From NCBI GenBank assembly GCA_963691875.1, contig OY829846.1:4416001-4480000 (forward strand): 64,000 nucleotides of DNA. Reading direction: 5' to 3'. Below the pieces are notes generated by a model, which saw only the letters and a program-made list of their open reading frames with translations, ran no database searches and had not been told where the DNA came from. How positions within the stretch are numbered: the stretch's first letter is position 1; each line of letters opens with the position of its first letter. Position numbers and translations under genes: made by a program. The DNA is from Aureliella sp. Its GTDB lineage: Bacteria; Planctomycetota; Planctomycetia; Pirellulales; Pirellulaceae. Below, piece by piece: positions 28,858 through 38,454 of the stretch.

Positions 28858-29538
28858 ATGAAGATCTACTATTTTGGATTCCTGTTAGTTCTCGCAGCCA
28901 TTGGAATCGGCCTGAATTACGTTAGCTTGAATGGTGCTGGGAAGGCATACACTCAGGGAGAAGACGGCAATATCGTGGAGTCTGATGGCTCACGACCAAA
29001 TGGGCGAACGGAAATCGTTCGTGATAACGGATCTAATGCAGAGTGGCTCACCAAGTGGGTGCTTACTGAGCGTTCTGGGAAACAAGTCGGTACCGAGGAC
29101 CTTGCCGGTCAGCCATTTGTTGCTGGCTTTTTCTTTTCAACCTGTCCCGGAGTTTGTCCGCGGCAGAATGCGAAGGTCAAAGAGTTGCAGGATGAGTTCA
29201 CGGGCCAAGCTGTTCGTTTTCTGAGTATCTCTTGTGATCCAGAGGTCGACACTCCGGAGGTTTTGGTCGACTATGCCAACGACTTTGACGCCGATCCTGA
29301 GCAGTGGCTCTTTCTGACAGGCGAGATGAAGTACATAAAACGTGTCGGCGTAGAGTACTTCAGGCTCCCAGTGCGACGGAAATTTCACGCGAACAAGTTT
29401 GCTCTATTCGATAAGGATGGTGAGCCTGTTGGCATGTATGATTGGGAGGAAGAGAAGCAGTGGAACACACTACGGGATGACATCAGCAAGATCATTGCTG
29501 CTGGTGGAACTTGGGAGAAGCAAGTCGAAACTGAGTAG
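28858..29538 (+). CDS. SCO family copper chaperone
   Basis: FFFSTCPGVCP, ISCDPEVDTP, WLFLTG, conserved His in FHAN. Confidence 0.9.
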   Translation: MKIYYFGFLLVLAAIGIGLNYVSLNGAGKAYTQGEDGNIVESDGSRPNGRTEIVRDNGSNAEWLTKWVLTERSGKQVGTEDLAGQPFVAGFFFSTCPGVCPRQNAKVKELQDEFTGQAVRFLSISCDPEVDTPEVLVDYANDFDADPEQWLFLTGEMKYIKRVGVEYFRLPVRRKFHANKFALFDKDGEPVGMYDWEEEKQWNTLRDDISKIIAAGGTWEKQVETE

Positions 29539-29598
29539 GAGGCAGGTTCGTTGGCAAGTGAAACTGAGGCATCTACCGAAGCGGAAGGAAACAAGTAA

Positions 29599-30051
29599 GT
29601 GATTGAATGGTTGCCCCGCGTCAATGTTTCGCTCAATTCGCTAGCTACTGTTTTACTCGTGGTTGGCTTCGTGTTGATCAAGCGCAAGGCGGAAAACGCG
29701 CATCGGAATGTCATGTTAGCGGCGATGGTAGCGAGTGCTTTGTTTTTGATATGCTACCTGACCTATCACTTCAACATCGAAGGCGGCAGTAAGACGTTTC
29801 CCACTGATACCGATGTAGCTCCCCTGGCGGCCCGCTATTTTTATTACGCACTCTTGGCTAGTCATATTATCTTGGCGATGGCAGTGCCCTTCTTAGCTGT
29901 CGGATCGATATATCTTGGGCTCAAAGGAAAACGCGAGGCACACAGACGCTTACCCAAATGGACATGGCCCATTTGGTTGTATGTCTCAGTGACAGGGGTT
30001 ATCGTCTACCTGATGCTCTATCAGATTTATTTGCCAACTGTAGGTGCGTGA
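29599..30051 (+). CDS. DUF420 (CtaM-like) membrane protein
   Basis: LPRVN..LN, AHRNVM, FLICYLTYH, HRRL..WTWPIWLYVSVTGVIVY. Confidence 0.88.
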   Translation: MIEWLPRVNVSLNSLATVLLVVGFVLIKRKAENAHRNVMLAAMVASALFLICYLTYHFNIEGGSKTFPTDTDVAPLAARYFYYALLASHIILAMAVPFLAVGSIYLGLKGKREAHRRLPKWTWPIWLYVSVTGVIVYLMLYQIYLPTVGA

Positions 30052-30120
30052 GCGTTCTTAGCAGTTAGGCAAACGCAACGCGAGCAGTTTGTTTCTGATC
30101 TTCACCCGAGGCTACGCCAC

Positions 30121-32493
30121 TTGTCACACTCATCTAGTTGCTTTCGTCGCTTGGCTGATTGCGTTCTGGTGCGTGTAGTCATTCTGTTAGTGTTCTCAGT
30201 CTTTCATGCCGAGCTCGGGTTGGCGCAGCCATTGACGGATTCTGACACTAGCGTTGCTTCCCGCAACGATGCTGAGAGCCGCGAGGTAGAGATCGATCTC
30301 AACGGCGATGCTCCACCGGCAAGTCTTGGCCCGGCGCAGCAACTCTTGCTAGAGCAGATCGAGGAGTTAATTGCGTCGGAGGAGTTTGAGGAGGCAGTTG
30401 GGGATCTCGAGAACCTTATCGAGGCCGAAGTTGACCTGCTGGTTCCGCGCGGGCGCCAGCAGAGGGCCGCCACGATAGTAACACAATGTTATGAGCCTAC
30501 GCGCGAGTGGGCGACTCGTCGGCTCACGCAACTGTTTTCGGCGCGGCCTGCTCTAAGAGTTTCCTTCCAAAAGCAACGGAGAGAAAGAGTCGAGATTGGC
30601 TACCAAGAAATGCTTGGCAAAAAAGATCTCAAATCCGCACTAGAGCTAGCTCAGCGGAACGTAGCAACCCACCGAGCGGACGACTTTCGAGTGCAGGCGA
30701 TCGATTTGTTATTGGAGCGTGGGTGGTCGATTGCAGCTTGTCAGGAGCTTGAACGTCTGTGCCCCGAGCTTCGAGTTGAGATCCAGGATGGGAGCAACGG
30801 CTCGCTGCCATGGTCAGTGGTCTTCCCGAAGTTAAAGCCAAAGGAAGTTGAGGCGTTTTCCGGATGGTTACAGCAGAAAATTGTCACCCCGAATCATCAG
30901 TCTCGGCTTGTCGCCGCACTGCAACGAATCGTGTTGGCTGGGCAGTTGGATTCGAATACCGTCGCACTTCGAGACTGGCAAAATTGGGCGGCTGCTGTGG
31001 TCGATTGTTTAGAGATTCATTCCAGGGATCCTGCTACTGCAAGCGTACTTGAGGGAATGAAGCAGACTACGGCACGATTGGAAGATGATTCGACGGTGGC
31101 GACTTTTGCAGGGAGTTATGATCGCGCCGGACGATATAAGGGCCAGTATCGTGTAGACGCATGGCCGCTTTGGTCTCAGAGCGCACCCATTTACATGGCG
31201 ACGACGGAGCAAACGCCTGCAAGTAAGCCAAGGGTCGGTGAGTCATCGAAAGGTACTTTGCCGTATCATCCCTTGGTATTTGATGGCAAGGTGTTTGTTA
31301 ATACCCTCACAGATATTCGAGCCTACGATCTTGAGAGCGGTGAGCCTTGGCCCGACACGCGTTTGGGCACACCATTGTTTGATAGTCATCTTTCACCAAG
31401 CGCCTATATGCCTTTGGGCTATCCACTCCTTGGTACACCGCGCGGCACACTTAGCATCGACGATGGGCAACTGTTTGCACGCATGGGTGAACCTGTAACT
31501 GGTTGGGCGAATCGGAGACGAGCTTTGGATGGTGGCTCGGTAAGCTATATTGTGGGCCTCGACCTGAAACGCCAGGGAAGTATGCTGCCTGGGTTTCCGC
31601 TTCACCTGAGTACGGCAAACTTTAACAATGCAGAATTTGATGGCCCACCGATTCTGTTTGGCGATCTCTTGATCGCCCCGGTTGTTGAACGCGATAACGT
31701 CGGGTTGCGTCGACTCGTAGTGGCTTACTACCGTGATACTGGTGCGTTCGCTTGGAAAAGCCAAGTGCTCGCAAGTGGGTTGCCTGCTGGCGGTGAGCGA
31801 GCCAATCTGATCTCTCACCAGCTGCTTTCGGCTGCTGGCGGGCGTCTGTTCTACAATACGAATCTTGGCTCGATTGCATGTCTTGATCCAACCAATGGTA
31901 AGCTCGTTTGGCTCACTCAGTATCGTCAAGCAGAGCAGTCGAGTGATTTCCCGCGACCGGATCGATTTCGCTACCGCGATCTCACACCATGCCTGTTGCA
32001 CAAAGGTCTGCTGTACTGTGCGCCTCAAGACTGTCCTGAGCTATTTGCCTTGGACGTTTCTCAGGGCGGTTTAGTTTGGTCCACTGACGGTGAGCAAGTG
32101 GCAGACGCAATCCACTTGCTTGGAGTTTCTGAGGAACATCTCGTTGTAAGTGGTGATCGTTTAACTTGGCTCGATCGCCGGACTGGTCGCGTGGCAGCGC
32201 GATATCCGGGAGGATCAACCACTGCTATCCTGAATGCTCTGCCAGACCCCCGTGGACTAGGGCGCGGCGTGATTTCGGAGGATGAAGTCTACTGGCCAGT
32301 GTCCGGCGAGTTGCTGGTTTTCCGCTTGGGTTTAGATGCATCTGCTGGTCAGCGCGGCCCTTCGCTCGATGTGTCGCCAACTCTGCTGCGAAGGGTTGCT
32401 CTCGGCGCCCGTGCTAGAGAGGGCGGGAATCTCGTGGCAACATCGACTGTTTTACTCTACGCAAGTCCGACGCGAATCATGGTATTTGATTGA
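30121..32493 (+). CDS. secreted PQQ-like beta-propeller repeat protein
   Basis: Signal-like N-terminus; repeated A.D..TG...W blades (CLDPTNGKLVW, ALDVSQGGLVW, LDRRTGR). Confidence 0.75.
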   Translation: MSHSSSCFRRLADCVLVRVVILLVFSVFHAELGLAQPLTDSDTSVASRNDAESREVEIDLNGDAPPASLGPAQQLLLEQIEELIASEEFEEAVGDLENLIEAEVDLLVPRGRQQRAATIVTQCYEPTREWATRRLTQLFSARPALRVSFQKQRRERVEIGYQEMLGKKDLKSALELAQRNVATHRADDFRVQAIDLLLERGWSIAACQELERLCPELRVEIQDGSNGSLPWSVVFPKLKPKEVEAFSGWLQQKIVTPNHQSRLVAALQRIVLAGQLDSNTVALRDWQNWAAAVVDCLEIHSRDPATASVLEGMKQTTARLEDDSTVATFAGSYDRAGRYKGQYRVDAWPLWSQSAPIYMATTEQTPASKPRVGESSKGTLPYHPLVFDGKVFVNTLTDIRAYDLESGEPWPDTRLGTPLFDSHLSPSAYMPLGYPLLGTPRGTLSIDDGQLFARMGEPVTGWANRRRALDGGSVSYIVGLDLKRQGSMLPGFPLHLSTANFNNAEFDGPPILFGDLLIAPVVERDNVGLRRLVVAYYRDTGAFAWKSQVLASGLPAGGERANLISHQLLSAAGGRLFYNTNLGSIACLDPTNGKLVWLTQYRQAEQSSDFPRPDRFRYRDLTPCLLHKGLLYCAPQDCPELFALDVSQGGLVWSTDGEQVADAIHLLGVSEEHLVVSGDRLTWLDRRTGRVAARYPGGSTTAILNALPDPRGLGRGVISEDEVYWPVSGELLVFRLGLDASAGQRGPSLDVSPTLLRRVALGARAREGGNLVATSTVLLYASPTRIMVFD

Positions 32494-32654
32494 GAGCTCT
32501 ATTTTCGCTAGCAAATCTGTCATGATTCTGCATTGCGGCAAAAACGCGTCAATTTCTTAATTTTTCTACGTCGTTGGCGAGACAAGTTGGTCAAAAAAGC
32601 TTCCTAACGGTCAGTGGATTCCTGGCGAGAGCACCGAAGAATGCCCGTACATTC

Positions 32655-32703
32655 TGCCCAGTTTGCTGAGATTGTTGCCCAGTCTGCTGAGCTTGTTGCC
32701 CAG
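32655..32703. repeat. 21-bp tandem repeat (about 2.3 copies), intergenic
   Basis: tgcccagtttgctgagattgt / tgcccagtctgctgagcttgt / tgcccag. Confidence 0.8.
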
Positions 32704-32882
32704 GAAGGGTGAGACTGTTCACTATGAGATCTTCTTATACAAAAATCCACGTTTGTATCTGTTTTGGTATGTCCTAAACTACAAGAGGGAATCTGAAGAT
32801 CGTCTAGTGCCGATTAATGTTCTCATCCGACCGTTAGGGGGTTCTACGGTACGGCTCCTGTTCTTTGCGAAGTGACTTTGGC

Positions 32883-33104
32883 ATGGTTTCATCTCTTGAG
32901 CGTTTGAGTAACTCACTTAAGGTTGAGAAATCGCCTGAGCTCCGCCAACGCATGATTGTGGAAGCGCTTCAAGAAGGCTGTTCAATTGAGGAAGTTCGAG
33001 AACTGCTAGATTCACTGGAAATAGAACGCCAGGCCAAAAGCGTTGTCGCCTCAAGAAAGTGGCGTTTTCCACTATTCGCCCGCCCAGCCAAGGGGGCCGG
33101 CTGA
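32883..33104 (+). CDS. small hypothetical protein
   Basis: Helical 73-aa ORF (IVEALQEGCSIEEVRELLDSLE); no family recognised. Confidence 0.45.
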   Translation: MVSSLERLSNSLKVEKSPELRQRMIVEALQEGCSIEEVRELLDSLEIERQAKSVVASRKWRFPLFARPAKGAG

Positions 33105-33299
33105 CTCATGTTGCGCCGTATATCCCATATGAACGCTAGAACCCCGTCAATTGCAACTCCTTAGCGGCACTCGCTACAGGGTTTAGCGAAGTCTCGAAAC
33201 GGATGGGTCTTGGATGACCTAGCGTTTTTCTAGAATTGTCCCACTTTTCTCCCTGAACGATCTCTCTGCTGCTCGTGAGCTCTGAGAAATCCCCATTAC

Positions 33300-34025
33300 A
33301 TGCGCCGTAACAAAGACAACCCGCTGCAACTTTCTATGGCTCAGTCATTTGACGAGCGCTGCGGAGCTTTCGCGCTGATCAATCGCTGTTACAGCAATGC
33401 AGGGCTGTCGGAGGCCATGGGGCAGCATTATCGTGTGACCAAGTATCAGCTTCTGCTAGAAAGCCGCGTCTTCATCAGCAAGTTAGCGGATGAGGTGGTA
33501 GCCACGGTTTCATTGATACCCGATACAGCAGAACATGGCCTGCCGATGGACATGATCTATAGCGCAGAGCTGGATGTTCTGCGCGCTAAAGGTAAGAGAA
33601 TAGCAGAGGTCGGCTGCCTCGCTGATCGGCGGCGAGATCCCAGAAGGTTTATTGACAACTTCTGCAATCTGACACGGTTAATGGCCCAATATTCGGTGCA
33701 GCAATCCATCGACGGTTTCGTGATCATGGTCCATCCACGTCACACGAAGTTTTACAAGACGCTGAACTTTAAGGAAGTTGGTGGCCTGACCAATTATCCA
33801 GTAGTCGGCAACCTTCCAGCGGTAGCTCTGTTCTTGGAATTCGAAGTTGCACGTATCGAGACGCCAAGACGTTACAGCCTGTTTTTCGATGACAAAGTTG
33901 AGCCAGACTCCATCTCGAACGGTCAGATGCAGCAAGAAGAAGTGAACTACTTCCAGAATTATGTTATCAACGCTGAACCACAACTGTTCAGTGCTGAACC
34001 TGAGTTTGCGTCAGAGGCCGTGTGA
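33300..34025 (+). CDS. N-acyl amino acid synthase (FeeM-like acyltransferase)
   Basis: AFALINRCY..G, VATVSLIPD..GLPMD..Y..EL, IAEVGCLA, VHPRHTKFY..LNF, PAVAL match FeeM/NAS motifs. Confidence 0.85.
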   Translation: MRRNKDNPLQLSMAQSFDERCGAFALINRCYSNAGLSEAMGQHYRVTKYQLLLESRVFISKLADEVVATVSLIPDTAEHGLPMDMIYSAELDVLRAKGKRIAEVGCLADRRRDPRRFIDNFCNLTRLMAQYSVQQSIDGFVIMVHPRHTKFYKTLNFKEVGGLTNYPVVGNLPAVALFLEFEVARIETPRRYSLFFDDKVEPDSISNGQMQQEEVNYFQNYVINAEPQLFSAEPEFASEAV

Positions 34026-34094
34026 ACAAAAGATTGTTTATCCCTTCTTGAGAAGGAGAAGCCATCAACTTAAATTTCACCGTTTTGAAGCGAC

Positions 34095-34322
34095 CTAGAA
34101 CTGTTGGTCGAGCTTGAGATCGTCCAGCGACGCCGCCTCAGAGTCTGCACCAGTCTCTACTTTAGAGCTATCGGTGATCCATTGCTGTAGATGGACTTCC
34201 ACAAACTTGACGATCGAAGCTGGCAATTCCTGCGGAGTCTCTATCAGAGGTTGCTCAACAGTGGACGGATTCCTATCACGTTCAGGGTTCAGCAATTCGA
34301 CCAACGCAAGATCCACATTCAC
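34095..34322 (-). CDS. small hypothetical protein
   Basis: 75-aa ORF downstream of the YdcF-like gene on the same strand; no motif. Confidence 0.3.
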   Translation of the reverse strand: MNVDLALVELLNPERDRNPSTVEQPLIETPQELPASIVKFVEVHLQQWITDSSKVETGADSEAASLDDLKLDQQF

Positions 34323-34465
34323 TCTGAGCTTGAACCGAGCGGCTGGAGGGTCAGCAATATATTGCGGGTAATGGTTGCCATCTGCTGGGTCGAAGACTCT
34401 GCTCGACCACGAAAAACCTTGTGCTTACTCCGGTATCCCACATTAGATCTGGCATTTGCTCGCTG

Positions 34466-35146
34466 TTAAGCCAGCAAATAGTATAACGCGAGCTTGAGGT
34501 ACTCGAGCCAAATTGCGGAGGAAAGCTCTGCACTGTGAGCTGGCATTGAGGCCGAGTAGATAGCGATCTCGGCAGCTGGAAGTACCCGTTGAAAGCACAA
34601 TCGACTACGGCGTGTGTGCGGGGCAGAAGTGATAACGATAATACTGCCTTGGACATTTACGTTCGCCGCGAAGGAATGTGCTTCACCCGACGAGCTGAGA
34701 AGGGCGGATTCATCCAAGGGTACGGTCAGAATGGCAGAGTCGGGCACTCCCCACATCTGAAGTACCATGCGCGCTTTTTCGGCCCTTGAGATAGAACGTT
34801 TCAGCCCGAAGTGGTAACCAGAAGAATCTGTCTGGTGAGAAATGTAGATTCGCTCAATTCGATCCCAATGATACAGATCACTGGCCGCCCGCAATCGCTC
34901 GTAAGAAGCACTCCCACCGGCCATGACGTAGGCACATTCACCTTCTGCATCATTGTCATGAACGTAGAGCGGCCACATCATCGTCGCACGCACTACAGTG
35001 ATAGTGGGCAGCCCGACAAAAAGAGTCCATGCTGTTAGCAGCCAGATGAGTCTACGAGTCCATCTTGAGGCGAATGAGCCGTTTCTGATTGATCTCTTTG
35101 ACTCATCTTCTAATGATGTTGATGTATCCGAGGCATCTCGTTGCAT
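34466..35146 (-). CDS. YdcF/ElyC (DUF218) family protein
   Basis: N-terminal TM; VMAGG..ERL..A; GVP..AI; VITSAPHTRRS; EYLK. Confidence 0.85.
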   Translation of the reverse strand: MQRDASDTSTSLEDESKRSIRNGSFASRWTRRLIWLLTAWTLFVGLPTITVVRATMMWPLYVHDNDAEGECAYVMAGGSASYERLRAASDLYHWDRIERIYISHQTDSSGYHFGLKRSISRAEKARMVLQMWGVPDSAILTVPLDESALLSSSGEAHSFAANVNVQGSIIVITSAPHTRRSRLCFQRVLPAAEIAIYSASMPAHSAELSSAIWLEYLKLALYYLLA

Positions 35147-38100
35147 AGGCTCGTAGAGTTCGATTCGGTAGCATGTTGGGTTTCCTGGCTCAATTGATTG
35201 ACCTCATGCAACAGTCGCTCTTCCATTGCTAGTTCGGATGAGGTCTCGCCAAAGTTGTTTCGCCAAGTCTGTAAAGCTCCAGCGTGACTCAGTGGCAATG
35301 CTTGCACTTGGCATTTCGCCCATGCTGCGAATGCAGATGGAACAAAAGTCACGGCCATCAGTGTCGCGCCCAAGATACCACCACCAATCACAATTGCCAA
35401 AGGTGGCCAGAATCCACCCCCGCCGATCACAAGAGGCAGGAAGCCAAACATGGTCGTGAAAGTCGTGCACAATACGTGGCGAGTGGCTTCCATGACAATC
35501 TGGACAATCCGTTCTTGGTCTCCACGAAGCGCTGCTTGATCCGTTCGCAATGCACTCAACACTACGATCGCATCGTTAATTGCGACACCGACCAAGCCGA
35601 CAGTTCCGACAATAGCCGCAAAGCCGAATGGGAAGCCGAATAGATAAAGTGACCCACAGCCCAGGCCAATTGAACACAAGCCAACTCCCGCAATAACTGC
35701 AGCGAGTCGATATGATCCAAGTGTGATGACTAAAACCGCTGCGATGGCGAGTGCTAGAAAAGGTACGTACTGCAACAGCATGCCTATCGCATCGTTCCGC
35801 TCTCTAGCTTCGCCTCCAAATTCGAAGTGGTAGCCATCCGGTAGCATCAAGGGATCTGCTGCAACTTGTTCCTCAAAAGCAGCGACGACGTCTGCAGGGA
35901 GTACTCCCAAGTTAAGAAACACTTGAATCTCATTCATCCGCAGTGCGTTGCGGTGCGTGATCGAAGCGATCTGAGGCTTGATTTCTACATCTGCAAGCGA
36001 GATCAGAGGAGTCATCTTTAAGGATGAGTGCTGTTTGGCTTCGCGAGTATATGCAGCACTTGGCAAGAGCGATGCGCTCTCAATACTGGGAAGAGAGGAT
36101 TTGAATTCGCTGGACACGGTGACACGCACCGGAATCTCTTCTTTTCCTTCGAGCAGCGAGCCTGCGGGCAGACCTTCCATTTGCGAGTAAAGTTGTTTAC
36201 CAATCGCATCCTCATTTAGCCCTGCAGCTCGGGCTCGTAATGGATCAATGGAAATCTCTACTTGGGGACGAGTTTCGTTTGCGTCTGAGCGAACTGCTAG
36301 AACACCAGGAAGGCTCATTAGTCGATGGTGTATGTCCTGACCAATTTGAGTGAGCATTTCTAAATCTGGGCCGTAGAGCAATACTTCGACTGGCGCATTC
36401 AGTGGGGGACCTTGTTCGAATCGTCTGATGGTGACGCGTGCACCTAGAAATTCTTGGTCAAGCTGCTTCTGGAGCTGGGCCAGTTTTTCGTCGCTGACTG
36501 TTGGTTCAGCTGATTGCACGATGCCCTGCGCATAGCTGGGGGTATTGTCTCGCAGCGGAATCAAGTTGTAATAGAAAGTGGGAGCACTCGCTCCCAAGAA
36601 CCACGAGACTCGTTCTGTTTCAAGCTCCTCTCGAAGTCGCTTTTCTATTCCAGCCGTTGTGCGACGTGACTCTTCAATCGAAGAACGGGCACTCAGCTCG
36701 ACTTCGATCTGAAATTGGTCTCGATCAGAGGGCGGAAAGAATTGTTCGCTCAGAAGCGTTGCACAGCTGAAGCCAGCGATGGGTAAGATAAGCCCAGTAG
36801 TTATTCCGACTCGCGGGTGGCGGACAAGGAATCCAACAACGCGACGATACTGTTTGGCGATAGCTGGTATCTGGAGACCATGCGTCCAGGAACTTCGTTG
36901 CCCTGCGTCAGGGGATTTTCTCACAGGCAACAGGCGGGTTGCAATCGCTGGCAGCAATGTGAGCGAGACAATGAGTGAGCTGGATATTGCCAGTATTACA
37001 ATGGAACCGATGGTCCCGACAAACTCGCCGGTTGGACCTGGCATTGTCGCCAAAGGTAGAAAGGCTAGGGCTGTGGTCAGCGTCGAGCCACTCAAGGGAA
37101 TAGCCAGTCGACGTATCGTGTAGCCCAAGGCTCGAACGCGACTTCGATTGCGGCAGAGTTCTTGACCGACTTCATCCACTGCAATGATGGCGTTGTCGAT
37201 AAGCATTCCTAAGGCCAGCACCAAGCCAGTAACTGACATTTGATGCAGAGGCAAGTCAAGGGCTCGCATTCCGCAAAGAACCATCAGCGCGACAAGTGGA
37301 AGCGCTAGCGTCACGACCATCGCAGAATGCCACCCCATCAGCACGAGCGTCACGAAGCAGACGGCCGCAGTTCCCAAAGCCAGGTTCCCGAGCAGCGTCG
37401 ACATGCGCGTCGAGACATACTGGTCTTGAATCAGTAGGCGTTGCAGTGAGTAATCGAGTGCTAGTTCGCCTTCAAACTCGCTGCTTACTTGCTCGACGGC
37501 TTCGGTCCAAGGCGCAATTTGTTGACTCGCATCCAGCCTCGCTGCGATTACGGTTGCGGACGAGCCATCCACAATTGCCAAAGTATCTGCGGGGTCTTTG
37601 GCTTTTCGCTCGATGGTCGCTATGTCTCGCAGCCGGAGTATCCCGAACTTATCGCTACGAATGGGGCTCTCAGCGACGGCTTCGACCGATCGAAATTGGC
37701 TCCCGATTTGCATGACAAACTCACTGCTTTCACCGCGAATCTGACCGGCTGATTCCTTTGCATCGGCAGCGGAGAGACTAGCCGCGACTTCGGCTACACT
37801 GATTCCCAGCGCGGCAGTTTTTGCAGTATCGATGTGAATGACGACTTCATCTTCGGGTTCGCAGAATAGGTCGACGCTCTTCGTGCCAGAAATGGCTCGG
37901 ATTCGGTCCCGCAGCTGGCGAGCCAGCTCGCGCATTTCAGCCGCGTCACGAGATGCGTCTTGCGAGCATGCAATTGCACCGATCCATGCGTAGGCTGAAA
38001 CCTCAATGTCATCAATCTGCGGCTTGGTTGCTTCGGCGGGTAGTTCTGCTTCACATTCTTGCAGTTTATTCGCGATATCGGACCAAACGGGTGTCGGATC

Positions 38101-38454
38101 TGCAATCCGATCGTCGACTTCAAAGATGATTCGCGAAACGCTCGGGCGACTTTGTGACCGAAGACGCTTTACTTCGGGGATCTGAATCAGCCTGGCCTCA
38201 ATCTTTTCAGTGATTGTGGCTTCGACATGTTTCGCGCTGGCACCCGGTAGGAGAGTTGTGATTGCAACCGCCCGCTGTGTCAGCGGCGGATCTTCAGTCT
38301 GAGGAAGTTGCCAAAAAGCGACAAGCCCCGCAAGTAGTGTTAGCGCCAATGCTAACACAGCTGCTCGCGAGTTTTGGAAGAACCAGATGGCCGGAGCGGC
38401 TGTCCAGGAGTTTTGTTTATCGGAGTTTGCATGCTTCATCGATGGGGCATTCAT
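35110..38454 (-). CDS. RND efflux permease (AcrB/AcrD/AcrF family)
   Basis: EDPPLT, PGASA..VE..IT, GMLIDNAI, TLTTALAFLPL, GVAINDAIV, FWPPLAIVIGGG. Confidence 0.93.
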   Translation of the reverse strand: MNAPSMKHANSDKQNSWTAAPAIWFFQNSRAAVLALALTLLAGLVAFWQLPQTEDPPLTQRAVAITTLLPGASAKHVEATITEKIEARLIQIPEVKRLRSQSRPSVSRIIFEVDDRIADPTPVWSDIANKLQECEAELPAEATKPQIDDIEVSAYAWIGAIACSQDASRDAAEMRELARQLRDRIRAISGTKSVDLFCEPEDEVVIHIDTAKTAALGISVAEVAASLSAADAKESAGQIRGESSEFVMQIGSQFRSVEAVAESPIRSDKFGILRLRDIATIERKAKDPADTLAIVDGSSATVIAARLDASQQIAPWTEAVEQVSSEFEGELALDYSLQRLLIQDQYVSTRMSTLLGNLALGTAAVCFVTLVLMGWHSAMVVTLALPLVALMVLCGMRALDLPLHQMSVTGLVLALGMLIDNAIIAVDEVGQELCRNRSRVRALGYTIRRLAIPLSGSTLTTALAFLPLATMPGPTGEFVGTIGSIVILAISSSLIVSLTLLPAIATRLLPVRKSPDAGQRSSWTHGLQIPAIAKQYRRVVGFLVRHPRVGITTGLILPIAGFSCATLLSEQFFPPSDRDQFQIEVELSARSSIEESRRTTAGIEKRLREELETERVSWFLGASAPTFYYNLIPLRDNTPSYAQGIVQSAEPTVSDEKLAQLQKQLDQEFLGARVTIRRFEQGPPLNAPVEVLLYGPDLEMLTQIGQDIHHRLMSLPGVLAVRSDANETRPQVEISIDPLRARAAGLNEDAIGKQLYSQMEGLPAGSLLEGKEEIPVRVTVSSEFKSSLPSIESASLLPSAAYTREAKQHSSLKMTPLISLADVEIKPQIASITHRNALRMNEIQVFLNLGVLPADVVAAFEEQVAADPLMLPDGYHFEFGGEARERNDAIGMLLQYVPFLALAIAAVLVITLGSYRLAAVIAGVGLCSIGLGCGSLYLFGFPFGFAAIVGTVGLVGVAINDAIVVLSALRTDQAALRGDQERIVQIVMEATRHVLCTTFTTMFGFLPLVIGGGGFWPPLAIVIGGGILGATLMAVTFVPSAFAAWAKCQVQALPLSHAGALQTWRNNFGETSSELAMEERLLHEVNQLSQETQHATESNSTSLCNEMPRIHQHH

